IMG/VR virus record: IMGVR_UViG_3300042923_001106
Span: 32,001 to 96,000 of that record
Strand: one strand, 5' to 3'
DNA from: a virus
Length of the DNA: 64,000 nucleotides
Shown here: positions 27,819-37,350 of the stretch, piece by piece
Numbering within the stretch: position 1 is the stretch's first letter
How the letters are laid out: every line of letters begins with the position of its first letter
Notes under the pieces: generated by a model
What the model was told of the DNA's origin: nothing
Seen by the model: the letters and a program-made list of their open reading frames with translations, nothing else
Database searches by the model: none
Translations under genes and position numbers: made by a program

Positions 27819-28007
27819 TTGGTTTGTATGTGGTTCAAGAAGAAAGAGGAGAGTTATCTTATTGATTTAGTCAAAGAACGAGATGGGTATGTTGTGCGTA
27901 ATCCATCGAACGGAGTAACAGTAAGATGCACAGAGAAATTTCTAGAATCATGGAAAGCAAGAGGTTTTGAAGTGATTTACGCAGGGAAAATAAAGCTTAT
28001 AGAATGA
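27819..28007 (+). CDS. Hypothetical protein
   Basis: About 60 aa; followed by terminator GAGGC-GAAA-GCCTC-TTTTTT. Confidence 0.65.
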   Translation: MVCMWFKKKEESYLIDLVKERDGYVVRNPSNGVTVRCTEKFLESWKARGFEVIYAGKIKLIE

Positions 28008-28112
28008 CGGTGGAGGCGAAAGCCTCTTTTTTGTTGTAATATTCTCAATGTGCGATTTTAAGAAATAAAAGAGCCGTTTTATTTACCGGCTCCTAGAAGT
28101 GTGTCCATATAT

Positions 28113-28484
28113 TTATACCGCTCTCTTGACGTCATTGTTAACAATCTCTTCAATATTGAAAATCAAAACTTTACTATACTCTTTTTGATAATACTCGAGT
28201 TGCTTCATCATTTTTTCTTCTGAGGTGTGTACTTCTCCAAACACGTATCCAATTGTATTACCGGCTCTAGCAATTAACCAGTTTTCTACTTGAACATGAT
28301 CCCCGTATACTATTCCCCATAGATCTAAAATTCTTTCGAAACCAATTGCAAACTTTTTACTTGTCACTATCTTTGCCTCCAATTTGTATTGCATATTGTT
28401 AGTATACATTAAGAACAAGTGTTCTGGTTGAATGTAAATAATGTCCGAAATGTCGTATGTGTACGATGAAAAATGTGGTTTCAT
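28113..28484 (-). CDS. Hypothetical protein (counter-oriented)
   Basis: 123-aa ORF. Confidence 0.55.
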   Translation of the reverse strand: MKPHFSSYTYDISDIIYIQPEHLFLMYTNNMQYKLEAKIVTSKKFAIGFERILDLWGIVYGDHVQVENWLIARAGNTIGYVFGEVHTSEEKMMKQLEYYQKEYSKVLIFNIEEIVNNDVKRAV

Positions 28485-28574
28485 AAATCAATTTAATAAA
28501 TAAATATACATAATAATAATGTTGTTATTGCGGTGTAATAGGTGTATAATATTAGTAAGTGGAAATAAGGAGGA

Positions 28575-28772
28575 TTGAACAGAATGGCTTGGGAGTTTGT
28601 GAAAACAAACATTGTAGGGTATGGTCGGCTGCTTGATCCAAAGGGAAAGGAATATAATGTTCAATACAATAATGAAGGAAATATAGAAGTTACAACGATT
28701 AAGCGTAATACAATAGTAAAAATTCCTCAGAAGGTACATAGAATGATTACCGAAAAAGTCTATAATACATGA
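28575..28772 (+). CDS. Hypothetical protein
   Basis: 65-aa ORF. Confidence 0.55.
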   Translation: MNRMAWEFVKTNIVGYGRLLDPKGKEYNVQYNNEGNIEVTTIKRNTIVKIPQKVHRMITEKVYNT

Positions 28773-28844
28773 GTGGATAAAAGGGTTATTTCAATTGGTT
28801 AATAAAGTTGGTTTGAATAAATTATTGGAGGCGTTTATTGTAAT

Positions 28845-29150
28845 ATGATAACTAACAATCGTAACGAGATAGTGCAAAAATCCTTTCAATTGCAAGTTAG
28901 ACTTTCTAAAATGGCTAAAGAGGATAATCAGAATGAATTATTAAAAGCTTTACATAGCAATCATAACCAATTAAGACTTGATTATCGAATGAAAAGAATT
29001 TCATTTGAACAATTTCACGATGGATTTTTGTTAGTTAGCAATACTCTTGGTGAGATAGACAGGATTAGCACGGAGATACTAATGGATGCAGTTGAAAAGT
29101 TAGGACAGATGTCTTTATTGCATGGACGTCAAAATGTGGGGATAAAATGA
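28845..29150 (+). CDS. Hypothetical protein
   Basis: 101-aa ORF ending in motif 29142. Confidence 0.65.
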   Translation: MITNNRNEIVQKSFQLQVRLSKMAKEDNQNELLKALHSNHNQLRLDYRMKRISFEQFHDGFLLVSNTLGEIDRISTEILMDAVEKLGQMSLLHGRQNVGIK

Positions 29151-29187
29151 CTGTTTCATCATCTTCAATGCTTCAGGAGGATTACAT

Positions 29188-29439
29188 ATGGCAAAAGCAA
29201 AAATACCAAAGCGGACAACTCGAGATGAATTTGTAATGGAAGAATTAGGGGACCAAATATCTGAAGCATTTAACGAAAAATCGGAAGTTCTTTTGACCAT
29301 ATGGGGATGGGAGCAACAATTGCGCGGAACGATAGTGCATTTAGATTCTCGAACAGGTAAGGTTCACGTTCAGAAACAGAATGAAACTGTTAAAGTTCCT
29401 TTCATGGATATTATGCAATTGGATTATCCGAGAGATTAG
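29188..29439 (+). CDS. YolD-like protein
   Basis: RTTRDEFVMEELGDQISEA...LTIWG...GTI...VPFMDIMQL. Confidence 0.7.
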   Translation: MAKAKIPKRTTRDEFVMEELGDQISEAFNEKSEVLLTIWGWEQQLRGTIVHLDSRTGKVHVQKQNETVKVPFMDIMQLDYPRD

Positions 29440-29463
29440 AATCGAACAGTTTTTTCGGGATCA

Positions 29464-29712
29464 ATGAGGGGAGTTACAATGAAATACATAATGCCAACAT
29501 CCGACTGGATAAACTCGCTTAATATTGGTGATACAGTACTTGAAGTAACGACACCAAGAATCGGAGAAGATGCGTTAATAAAAGAAGTTAGAGTTAAATC
29601 TATATCGAAAACCGGAATAATTTCAGTTGAAGGAAGCAGCAACACTTTCAAAGATGGATATCGGAGAGGGTTTCAACACTCTGGAAACTGTTGGCTTCAA
29701 CCGATATCATAA
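29464..29712 (+). CDS. Hypothetical protein
   Basis: 82-aa ORF. Confidence 0.6.
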   Translation: MRGVTMKYIMPTSDWINSLNIGDTVLEVTTPRIGEDALIKEVRVKSISKTGIISVEGSSNTFKDGYRRGFQHSGNCWLQPIS

Positions 29713-30053
29713 AGGAGAAGAAGAAATGAAAGTTCCAGCACATATTAAGGAATGTATAAGAAAAAATGCAAAAGCCAATGATATTGCGAGAAAAACAGAT
29801 GATGTGATACGTGATTGGTGACTGAAGAAGAATATTTGCAATGACTCAATCATAGACCAACTAATCGATTGTTGTGACAATACAAATAATCCTGAAAGTT
29901 TCATATTGTTTTTAGAGAATGAAGCTTCTTTTTTTGAAGGAAACGATGATGAGTATTTAGAGAATTGAAATTAATTGATTTCTTAGCGAAATAGAGAAGG
30001 AGAGTATTATGAAAGAGTTTTTGATTTGATTCAAAAGGCAAAAGGGGATTAGT

Positions 30054-30545
30054 ATGAACTTTCTTGAACAGTTGGCGAATGAGTGGTACTCGTATACGGA
30101 TCATTTTGTTCGCAATAATATTAAGTTTGATAAGCGTCCAAATGGAGGCTACAATGGAGAAATTGATGTAATAGCATTTAATTATAAGGAAAATCAACTA
30201 ATTCACATTGAAGCTTCTATGGATGCTAATCAAAATGAAAAACGAGTTATTGGCTTCAATAAGAAATTCCGTTTAACATTAGGGGAATACAACGAACTGT
30301 TGAAAACCGAGGCTACGAATATAAAGAAAATTGCAATAGTAGGCATATCGAAAACAGCAATTGATTTTGGAAACGGAATTCAGCATATTACTGTACCTGA
30401 TTTTGTAAACAATATAACGAATAGAATTAAGAACATTGATCCAATGAAAGCAGCAATTCCAGAAGGCTTCCCGTTGATGAGAGCAATCCAATTTTCAAAT
30501 TATTATATAAATAAAACAAAGGATGAAATTATCGTTAGGCAATGA
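30054..30545 (+). CDS. PD-(D/E)xK nuclease-fold protein
   Basis: EQLANEW...GEIDVIAF...LIHIEAS. Confidence 0.6.
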   Translation: MNFLEQLANEWYSYTDHFVRNNIKFDKRPNGGYNGEIDVIAFNYKENQLIHIEASMDANQNEKRVIGFNKKFRLTLGEYNELLKTEATNIKKIAIVGISKTAIDFGNGIQHITVPDFVNNITNRIKNIDPMKAAIPEGFPLMRAIQFSNYYINKTKDEIIVRQ

Positions 30546-30594
30546 AATGGTTATTTTATGAATCGAGAAAGGACTATAGAAAGGGGGAAATAAG

Positions 30595-31155
30595 TTGTCT
30601 TACAATTTTAACAGAATAATCAGGTATGTAGCTGGAAATATTGTATTACATTATGATAAGAGGTCTGATAAAAAACGTCCCTATCTAATAATTTCTAACA
30701 ATTCTGCGGCGATTGACGGGTACTCTGATTATATCGTTCTACCGATCACGTCAAAAAATAAGCGAAAGAAGAAATTTATGATTGAAGTAGATCATGAATC
30801 TTGTGGACTAAAAGAACCAAGTTTCATAAAGGGCAATAAACCTGATGTTATAACTCAGGATGGAATAATTAAATTGATCGGAAATGTTGACTCTGTAATA
30901 TTGGAACAATCTAAAGAAGCCCTTGAAGATTGCATTAAAGACGAATCAATGAGCAGATACAAGGAGTCCTTTATGTACTGGATTAAAGCCTATAATGTTG
31001 CATACAGGTTGTCCTACACATTATCGGATGCAACAAATGGTATGAAGGATGAATTCCACACCTCGATAGGCAGATTTATTTTTGAGAATAAGTCAGTTTT
31101 AAAAATATCTTTGAATCCTGAATATCTCGATATATTAAAAATAAGAATTGAATAA
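30595..31155 (+). CDS. PemK/MazF-like endoribonuclease with C-terminal extension
   Basis: GNIV...KKRPYLIISN...IVLPITSK...CGLKEPSFI. Confidence 0.7.
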   Translation: MSYNFNRIIRYVAGNIVLHYDKRSDKKRPYLIISNNSAAIDGYSDYIVLPITSKNKRKKKFMIEVDHESCGLKEPSFIKGNKPDVITQDGIIKLIGNVDSVILEQSKEALEDCIKDESMSRYKESFMYWIKAYNVAYRLSYTLSDATNGMKDEFHTSIGRFIFENKSVLKISLNPEYLDILKIRIE

Positions 31156-31188
31156 AATGGTTCTTTTAATGGGAGGTTGAATTGAATA

Positions 31189-31473
31189 ATGATGAAACAC
31201 GATTTCATTAAGCAAGTTTTCACTAAGATCGAATCCAAAGGATTTACGGTATTTGAAGGGGAACAAAAATCTGAGGCAGTGCATGTAAAGGTTCTACATA
31301 ATCAAACGGCTCACTCGTATGATTTAAAACTCCAATTTAAGAATGATAACTACGATGGTTTTGAATTGGGTGGAGATCAGGAAGTTGAGCATGTAACTCG
31401 AAAAAATTACGAAACCTTTGATATAATGAATCAGATCGAATCGTCTATAAGGGAAGTTTTGTTTCGACGATAA
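31189..31473 (+). CDS. Hypothetical protein
   Basis: 94-aa ORF. Confidence 0.65.
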   Translation: MMKHDFIKQVFTKIESKGFTVFEGEQKSEAVHVKVLHNQTAHSYDLKLQFKNDNYDGFELGGDQEVEHVTRKNYETFDIMNQIESSIREVLFRR

Positions 31474-31510
31474 TAGGCATGTTATTTCTTAAAAATTTGG
31501 ACGTGATTCA

Positions 31511-31741
31511 GTGAGTAAATGCAATTATATATCTTTAAAAGATTTAATTAAAAAACTCATTCTCGATTCTCACGATGATGGTTATGTGCTTCTGTACGAT
31601 GGTGTTGAATGTATTGTACGTAGTTTTGATCGATTTATTTTAGATTATTGTGTAGACAAAGACTATTTCGCTCCATACTTCAGTTATTATATTGCCGAAG
31701 ACACAAAATACTTTGATGATTTTAAATGGAGATATGTATAA
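31511..31741 (+). CDS. Hypothetical protein
   Basis: 76-aa ORF. Confidence 0.5.
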   Translation: MSKCNYISLKDLIKKLILDSHDDGYVLLYDGVECIVRSFDRFILDYCVDKDYFAPYFSYYIAEDTKYFDDFKWRYV

Positions 31742-31758
31742 ATAAAAAACCATGCTGC

Positions 31759-32244
31759 TTAAACGGCATGGTTTTGGTTTGTTCCATCGAGAATCCCAAG
31801 TTTACGGGCATTTTCAATTATTTTGAGCATGTTTTTAAAATCTTCATTTATCTTGATTTCCGGCTTATTTTCTAATTTTATCGTTAGTTCTTCATTTTCT
31901 TTTCTCAATTTATCGATTACATGCTCCATCAATTGTAAGGCTTCAAGAATGTCTGAGATGGGGATGAAATTGTTTTCAGTTACTGTTGGAATAGGATCTG
32001 CTTTAATTTTCGGTTTAACCGCAACAGTATTTTTTCGTTCCATTTTTGCCTCTTTAATCTCTTTCTCATAACGTTTTCTTACTTCGCTATTCCATCTGAA
32101 CCCAGCTGCTGCCGAAGTCCTTTCGAGGCGTTCTGCGACCTCCAAAAATGCCTTTAATTGTGTACTGCCATCTCTTATATGTTGAAGTACAGTTTCAGCT
32201 AAAAGTAAGTCGTCCTCTAAAGTCCATTGATCTTTTCTTTCCAA
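31759..32244 (-). CDS. RsfA/YlbO-family Myb-like transcriptional regulator
   Basis: [31 protein letters not shown]...[18 protein letters not shown]; likely TTG start 32244 after GAGGTG (the ORF track extends it to 32289). Confidence 0.85.
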   Translation of the reverse strand: MERKDQWTLEDDLLLAETVLQHIRDGSTQLKAFLEVAERLERTSAAAGFRWNSEVRKRYEKEIKEAKMERKNTVAVKPKIKADPIPTVTENNFIPISDILEALQLMEHVIDKLRKENEELTIKLENKPEIKINEDFKNMLKIIENARKLGILDGTNQNHAV

Positions 32245-32340
32245 TTGTTCCACCTCAACTTTTAAGTTATTGTTATCCAGTATATTCATTTATGTGAACT
32301 ATATTCATTGGGACAAAATGTAGTTGACAAAATTTAAAAT

Positions 32341-32354
32341 AGAACAAATGTTCT
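32341..32354. promoter_or_regulatory. LexA/DinR (SOS) box
   Basis: AGAAC-AAAT-GTTCT, matching the Firmicute GAAC-N4-GTTC consensus, just upstream of TATAAT at 32362. Confidence 0.7.
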
Positions 32355-32439
32355 ATTGTGTTATAATCATTTACACTATATAATAGGTACATGGATATAA
32401 ATAAATGATAATAATACTATTATACAAGGAGTCGATATT

Positions 32440-32853
32440 ATGGCGGTTGCAATGATGGAAAGAGCATCAATTAATATTCATCAAACTAACTTTACTGCAC
32501 CAAAAACAATCCATAGAGGCGATATCTATTTTGCGGATTTAGGCGATGGAAGAGGATCAATTCAAGGAGGAGTTCGGCCAGTACTTATTATTCAAAATGA
32601 TATTGGAAATCGATTCAGCCCTACCGTTATCATCGCGCCTATTACAGCTCAAATTCAAAAAGCGAAGCTGCCGACTCATGTAGTGCTATCGGCAATAAAG
32701 TATGGACTCGAAAGAGATTCTGTTGTACTGTTTGAGCAAATACAGACAATAAATAAGTCCGAACTTGGTGATAAGATTGCGCATATCAGTAGCCGAGACA
32801 TGAAGGAGATCATTCAAAGTGCAATGCAGATTAGTATTGGTTTGGTCCACTAA
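32440..32853 (+). CDS. mazF: MazF/NdoA-family endoribonuclease toxin
   Basis: RGDIYFADL...GSIQGGVRPVLIIQNDIGNRFSPTVIIAPIT...KLPTHV...DSVVLFEQIQTINKSEL. Confidence 0.9.
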   Translation: MAVAMMERASINIHQTNFTAPKTIHRGDIYFADLGDGRGSIQGGVRPVLIIQNDIGNRFSPTVIIAPITAQIQKAKLPTHVVLSAIKYGLERDSVVLFEQIQTINKSELGDKIAHISSRDMKEIIQSAMQISIGLVH

Positions 32854-32946
32854 TAAAAAGGGATTGATCTGATATGTCGAGGATAACTTAGCCTGATTGG
32901 TGTATGACACTGGTCAGGCTAAAATTATAAAACAGGAAATTTATAG

Positions 32947-32975
32947 TTGACTTAAATAAAATAAAAGTATATAAT
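32947..32975 (+). promoter_or_regulatory. SigA-type promoter
   Basis: TTGACT-17-TATAAT. Confidence 0.75.
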
Positions 32976-33030
32976 AAAATTAATCAAAATCATATTACAT
33001 AAGATCAAATGAAACTATTATTTTTATTGG

Positions 33031-33258
33031 GTGGTGAAGAAGATGAACACAATAATTGAACTTAAGAATGTGTGGATCAATAAGTCATCAACTAAAGAAG
33101 ATTTTTATTTCTGGAGTGCTCGGTATTTAAGTGGAAAGTACGGTGAGGATTATCAGAAAGCAGCGAGAGAAATTGGTGAAATGATTGTAGAACTTCAACT
33201 TACTCGAATCCAATCAAACAAGATTTGGGCAAAAGCGAAGGCGATGCATTCAAGATGA
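33031..33258 (+). CDS. Hypothetical protein
   Basis: 75 aa; stop codon lies in the motif. Confidence 0.65.
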   Translation: MVKKMNTIIELKNVWINKSSTKEDFYFWSARYLSGKYGEDYQKAAREIGEMIVELQLTRIQSNKIWAKAKAMHSR

Positions 33259-33289
33259 AATAATCCTTTCAATTGGGAGATGATGAAAC

Positions 33290-33481
33290 ATGGCAAAGAA
33301 ACCGAAATGCAAAGTGTGTGATCGTGAAATTGACACTAGAAAATACTCGCATTATAAATTCGGCCATGACTTCGTGTGTTATGTTGAAGCCACAGAGGAT
33401 TGCGTTGTTCAATACACTGGACAACATTTCAGAGAAAAGGGCGATGGATCTGGTCGTTTGAGTGGTGATGATTATGAGTAG
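33290..33481 (+). CDS. Small Cys-containing hypothetical protein
   Basis: 63-aa ORF with CKVC. Confidence 0.6.
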   Translation: MAKKPKCKVCDREIDTRKYSHYKFGHDFVCYVEATEDCVVQYTGQHFREKGDGSGRLSGDDYE

Positions 33482-33803
33482 GATAACAATCAAGGAATAT
33501 AGAGCGTCCAAAGGCGGAGATTACGATTGTTATAAGTTATCTAACGGTCAAAAGTATTGGTTATGGCTAAAGGCTCCCTTTAGAGGTGGGGATGCGGCAC
33601 TTGTACATATAGTTACGGACGACGACAAAGAGGTTGGGACTGTGTTCCTAGAGAAAAACATCAGCAGCGTGAGGATGGGCTTTGAGGGAACAGGTAAATT
33701 AATTGAGGTTCCGATAACAGTAATGCAAGATGTTAGGCCGAATAAGAAGTATTACTTTGATAAGATTGTAAGAAACCTATTAATAAAGGAGATGAATCAT
33801 TGA
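33462..33803 (+). CDS. Hypothetical protein
   Basis: 113-aa ORF. Confidence 0.6.
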   Translation: MVMIMSRITIKEYRASKGGDYDCYKLSNGQKYWLWLKAPFRGGDAALVHIVTDDDKEVGTVFLEKNISSVRMGFEGTGKLIEVPITVMQDVRPNKKYYFDKIVRNLLIKEMNH

Positions 33804-34225
33804 GCACACTTGAACAAGCAATAATCGTCGCTGCCGATGGGCATCAAGGTCAATATGATAAAGCCGGACTACCGTACATATTCCATCCATTACGAGTAAT
33901 GATGGCTTTAACCACCGAAGAAGAACAGATCGTTGGGGTATTGCACGATGTTCTAGAAGATACGGTTATTACAGAAGATAGGTTAAGGTACTTCGGATTT
34001 TCTGAATTGATTATCGAGGCTGTGAAAAGCGTGACAAGACGTGAAGGAGAAAGTTATTCAGTATTTATTCGTCGGTGTAAGGAAAATGAAATCGGTGTAA
34101 AAGTTAAGATCGTGGATCTGAAGGATAATATGAACATCTCTAGGATTCCCAATCCGTCTCAAGAAGACTTCAGACGGATTGAAAAATACAAAAAGGCACT
34201 AGCAATATTGCTTGACGAAGAATGA
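33800..34225 (+). CDS. HD-domain (RelA/SpoT hydrolase-like) protein
   Basis: HQGQYDKAGLPYIFHPLRV...GVLHDVLEDT...VKIVDLKDN. Confidence 0.8.
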   Translation: MSTLEQAIIVAADGHQGQYDKAGLPYIFHPLRVMMALTTEEEQIVGVLHDVLEDTVITEDRLRYFGFSELIIEAVKSVTRREGESYSVFIRRCKENEIGVKVKIVDLKDNMNISRIPNPSQEDFRRIEKYKKALAILLDEE

Positions 34226-34551
34226 AACGAATCTTTTATTGAGAGAGGATGAATAAAAAAAAATGAAACTGAAATTCGTGCAAACTCCACATAATTCCAT
34301 TCGGGTATGGATGCTATTCGATGAGGATCATAAAGATGTAATGATAAAATCGAGAGAATTTAACTTTTTCCAATTCATCTGAATATGGGGTGGATTTGAC
34401 AAAGTGGAAAGAGACATGTTTTCGTGGGAATTACCATTGTCGATAAAAGATTATATCAAGAAAAAATTCGCCCATTACCCAGATTGCCAAATCAATATAT
34501 TGTGATTAATATAAAAATGTGAGTTCAATTGAGAATGGGTGAGCTGGACGA

Positions 34552-34965
34552 ATGAACGCTAAGGGGTATCGTCACACGTTGGATGATTTAATTAAGGCAG
34601 AAGTTAAAAAAAGAAAACAAAACATCGTTAGCAATGCTTCTGTGCAAGGAGTTATGCAGGATTTGGCTGATTACTGCAAAATAACAACTGATGCAATTTA
34701 TAATTATAGAAAACATAAAGCCATTCCTCTATTAGCTATAGCTTACAGAATGGCTGAGTATTTTGGAGTAACTGTTTTGGAATTGTACCAAATCGAAAAT
34801 TACGAAACAGCTTTAGGCAAAAGAAATGAACAGGGAATAGGTAGAGGGAGGAAAAAAGAAGATTATAATAAGAATTGCAGAGAATGTGGTGAAATTGGTT
34901 ATGCGAAAGGCTTTTGTTTGAAGCACTATCAACAGCACAGAAGATTCAAATTAAATAAATTATGA
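34552..34965 (+). CDS. XRE-type HTH protein with C-terminal Zn finger
   Basis: QDLADYCKITTDAIYNY...AYRMAEYFGV; CREC...FCLKHY. Confidence 0.7.
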   Translation: MNAKGYRHTLDDLIKAEVKKRKQNIVSNASVQGVMQDLADYCKITTDAIYNYRKHKAIPLLAIAYRMAEYFGVTVLELYQIENYETALGKRNEQGIGRGRKKEDYNKNCRECGEIGYAKGFCLKHYQQHRRFKLNKL

Positions 34966-34971
34966 TTCAAG

Positions 34972-35241
34972 TTGCGTCTATTATCAAAAATGCTAACAGA
35001 AGACGAACTAAATAAAATGAATATTTTAATGGGAGATGAAAAAATGACAAAGCAAAATTATACACTGAAAAACGGTAAGTCAATAACTGTAGGTACTCAA
35101 AACTTCATAAATGGAACTATTCCAGTAATTATCAATGGGAATATGAAAATGAATCATACTATGGTTCAGGATTCAAATGGAGACCTAGGATTTTGGTGTG
35201 ACGGTGAGTTTGTATATTTTAGAGATTTAAGCAGTCAATGA
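34972..35241 (+). CDS. Hypothetical protein
   Basis: ORF whose stop codon lies in the motif. Confidence 0.55.
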   Translation: MRLLSKMLTEDELNKMNILMGDEKMTKQNYTLKNGKSITVGTQNFINGTIPVIINGNMKMNHTMVQDSNGDLGFWCDGEFVYFRDLSSQ

Positions 35242-35278
35242 ATGGATTCTTTTATAATCCAAGTGGAGGAGATATAGA

Positions 35279-35539
35279 ATGTCTGAGAAAAACCCTTTAA
35301 TTAGTCTATATGGCGATGATGCATTTAACTTAGTTTTAATAGAAGTGAAAGAGTTAGCAGTAAATTCAAATATTCCATTCGATAAAAAGTATGTTGATTT
35401 AGGAATATCATTCTTGATGATGAAGGCTAAGGATGCAATTGAAGGAAAGAGGAAGCGAGGTAGTTTACGCCAGTTAGTATGCGAAAGTTTCGGAGAAGCT
35501 GCTATGTTCAAATACAATGTTAATGATGGAGTATTATAA
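35279..35539 (+). CDS. Hypothetical protein
   Basis: 86-aa ORF with RBS. Confidence 0.65.
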   Translation: MSEKNPLISLYGDDAFNLVLIEVKELAVNSNIPFDKKYVDLGISFLMMKAKDAIEGKRKRGSLRQLVCESFGEAAMFKYNVNDGVL

Positions 35540-35764
35540 GAGCAAATGAAAGAAGTATTTTAAGAGGTGATGAAACGAAAAATGAAAAACGTAAAAGAAA
35601 TGAATCCTGCTGAACTTATTGATGAATTAGAGACACTTACATTGAAACGATGGAATGCAAACTACACAGAAGGCTATAGACTTGATAATCGGTTAAGAGA
35701 ACTTAGAATTGAAATGATGGAGAGAATGAAATAAGTCATTTATTTGGAAAGGTGAGTTATAAAT

Positions 35765-36157
35765 ATGAATGTTTACAAAAGCCTTGGAGAAATTGTGAGT
35801 GATTATAATGCGGGTGTCTACAAGAGTACGCTGCCTTATCCTACCGGCAGATTTAGAGAGGATCATGTCTTTGATGAAGACCAATCAATAAAATGGAATA
35901 AAGATGAGGTTGTAAGAAGAAATAGCGAATACGACCAGAAAAGAAATGAGTACCGTGCTGATAACAATAGATTAGATAAGTTACTCAAAGATGATGTAAC
36001 TTACAACTTGATTTATGATTTTGACTTGAATCAAGAACAGGCCGAATATACTTATGACATTGCATATACTGAAAAGCATTCTAGTATGACTGACGTATTC
36101 TATTATGCGGTTGAATTAGCAGAGTATTTTGTGAAAATGAAAGTACTTGAAAGATGA
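35765..36157 (+). CDS. Hypothetical protein
   Basis: 130 aa, bounded by motifs at 35726 and 36157. Confidence 0.75.
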   Translation: MNVYKSLGEIVSDYNAGVYKSTLPYPTGRFREDHVFDEDQSIKWNKDEVVRRNSEYDQKRNEYRADNNRLDKLLKDDVTYNLIYDFDLNQEQAEYTYDIAYTEKHSSMTDVFYYAVELAEYFVKMKVLER

Positions 36158-36473
36158 TAAAAGAGCGATTTTAATGGGAGGTGTGTTAGAGGATACGGAT
36201 TGCCCGATTGATTTTGATTATAACAGATGCTCTTCAAAGGACTTCGGTTTGCAGTGTGATACATGTGTTCATGCTCCAGAGTTTCAAATTTATCAGCACG
36301 GTCTAATGTGGGTTGTATCAGACGATAAATACATTGCAACCGGCAAGACAAGAGATGGAGCAATTGACAACTTCATTGAACTATTAAATAAAGAGTATGC
36401 TCGGTTGAAGCAAAAGGTCGATCAGGATATTCAAGAATCAAGAACGAAGCATCGGAAACTATGGAATTACTGA
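36147..36473 (+). CDS. Hypothetical protein
   Basis: ORF; true start probably downstream of motif 36157. Confidence 0.55.
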   Translation: MKDDKRAILMGGVLEDTDCPIDFDYNRCSSKDFGLQCDTCVHAPEFQIYQHGLMWVVSDDKYIATGKTRDGAIDNFIELLNKEYARLKQKVDQDIQESRTKHRKLWNY

Positions 36474-36521
36474 GCAAATGAAAAAGCAATTTTATTTAAT
36501 AAAACTATTCAATATAAATTA

Positions 36522-36839
36522 ATGAATAAAGAGGTGCGCTGCATGACAATTATTCGTAAACGATTTATTGAACGAGACTATCTTTTTAAAAAGATCATGC
36601 TGAATAGCGAAGCAATTACGGAATCCATGGCCAATGAATTGTTGGACGACATGAAATGCCCATTTGCTGATTATACTTTTTATTTCATTCCCATTGGAGC
36701 AGGATGGAGAACGGAAATCAAAGATAACGATTCAGGAATGCTTGTGTCAGTAGCAAATATAACAGGATTTGCAAATGATTTTTATATTAAACAACTAATC
36801 GAACTTACAAAGAACAAACTCCAACAACAAATTGCGTGA
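36522..36839 (+). CDS. Hypothetical protein
   Basis: 105-aa ORF. Confidence 0.6.
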   Translation: MNKEVRCMTIIRKRFIERDYLFKKIMLNSEAITESMANELLDDMKCPFADYTFYFIPIGAGWRTEIKDNDSGMLVSVANITGFANDFYIKQLIELTKNKLQQQIA

Positions 36840-37033
36840 GGTGGATGTGTATGAGTATAGTTGACTTCGCAAAGAACATTTTAAAGGTTCCTCTGAATTT
36901 CTACCAAGTAGAACTTCTTGAATTGCTGCAGATCAGCGGAGATAGTGCCTTTTACTCTTCGCGTCCACGCACACACGGCATGCTACTGATCCATGAGATT
37001 TACCAAAAATACAAGAACGCAGATTCAATGTAA
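36836..37033 (+). CDS. Hypothetical protein
   Basis: 65-aa ORF. Confidence 0.5.
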   Translation: MRWMCMSIVDFAKNILKVPLNFYQVELLELLQISGDSAFYSSRPRTHGMLLIHEIYQKYKNADSM

Positions 37034-37051
37034 TCTTCTGATAAGGAGAGG

Positions 37052-37243
37052 TTGGAGTCAGTGAGATGTAATGTATTCAGAAGATTAATGGATAGAATCA
37101 AGAGACAGAAGATACATGCTTCGGTAAATCGTATATGTGAAATTCAATCAGAGGAAATAAACTTGCTGAGGGCTGAGAACCAATTGCTAAAGAGAATGAT
37201 AGCAATGTTGGAGGAGGAAAATAAAAAAAAGAATAAAGACTAA
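37052..37243 (+). CDS. Hypothetical protein
   Basis: 63-aa ORF. Confidence 0.5.
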   Translation: MESVRCNVFRRLMDRIKRQKIHASVNRICEIQSEEINLLRAENQLLKRMIAMLEEENKKKNKD

Positions 37244-37282
37244 GGTTACGGTTCATGTGCCAATAGTCCATAAGAGGCTCAG

Positions 37283-37346
37283 GTATACAAAAAGTATACG
37301 AGTATACAGTAGAATACCATTGATTTTATAAGGAGTGAAAGTATAC
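37283..37346. repeat. Four GTATAC palindromes upstream of a coiled-coil gene
   Basis: GTATAC at 37283, 37294, 37302 and 37341. Confidence 0.7.
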
Positions 37347-37350
37347 CTTT

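Noticed and set aside
29440-29458. LexA-like CGAAC-AGTT-TTTC after the YolD-like gene
   Set aside because: The right half-site is poor and it lies downstream of yolD rather than at a clear promoter.
34259-34510. Possible degraded gene after the HD-domain gene (a similar case at 53346-53560)
   Set aside because: An RBS and ATG are present but the frames stop early, and no homolog is recognisable to support a pseudogene call.
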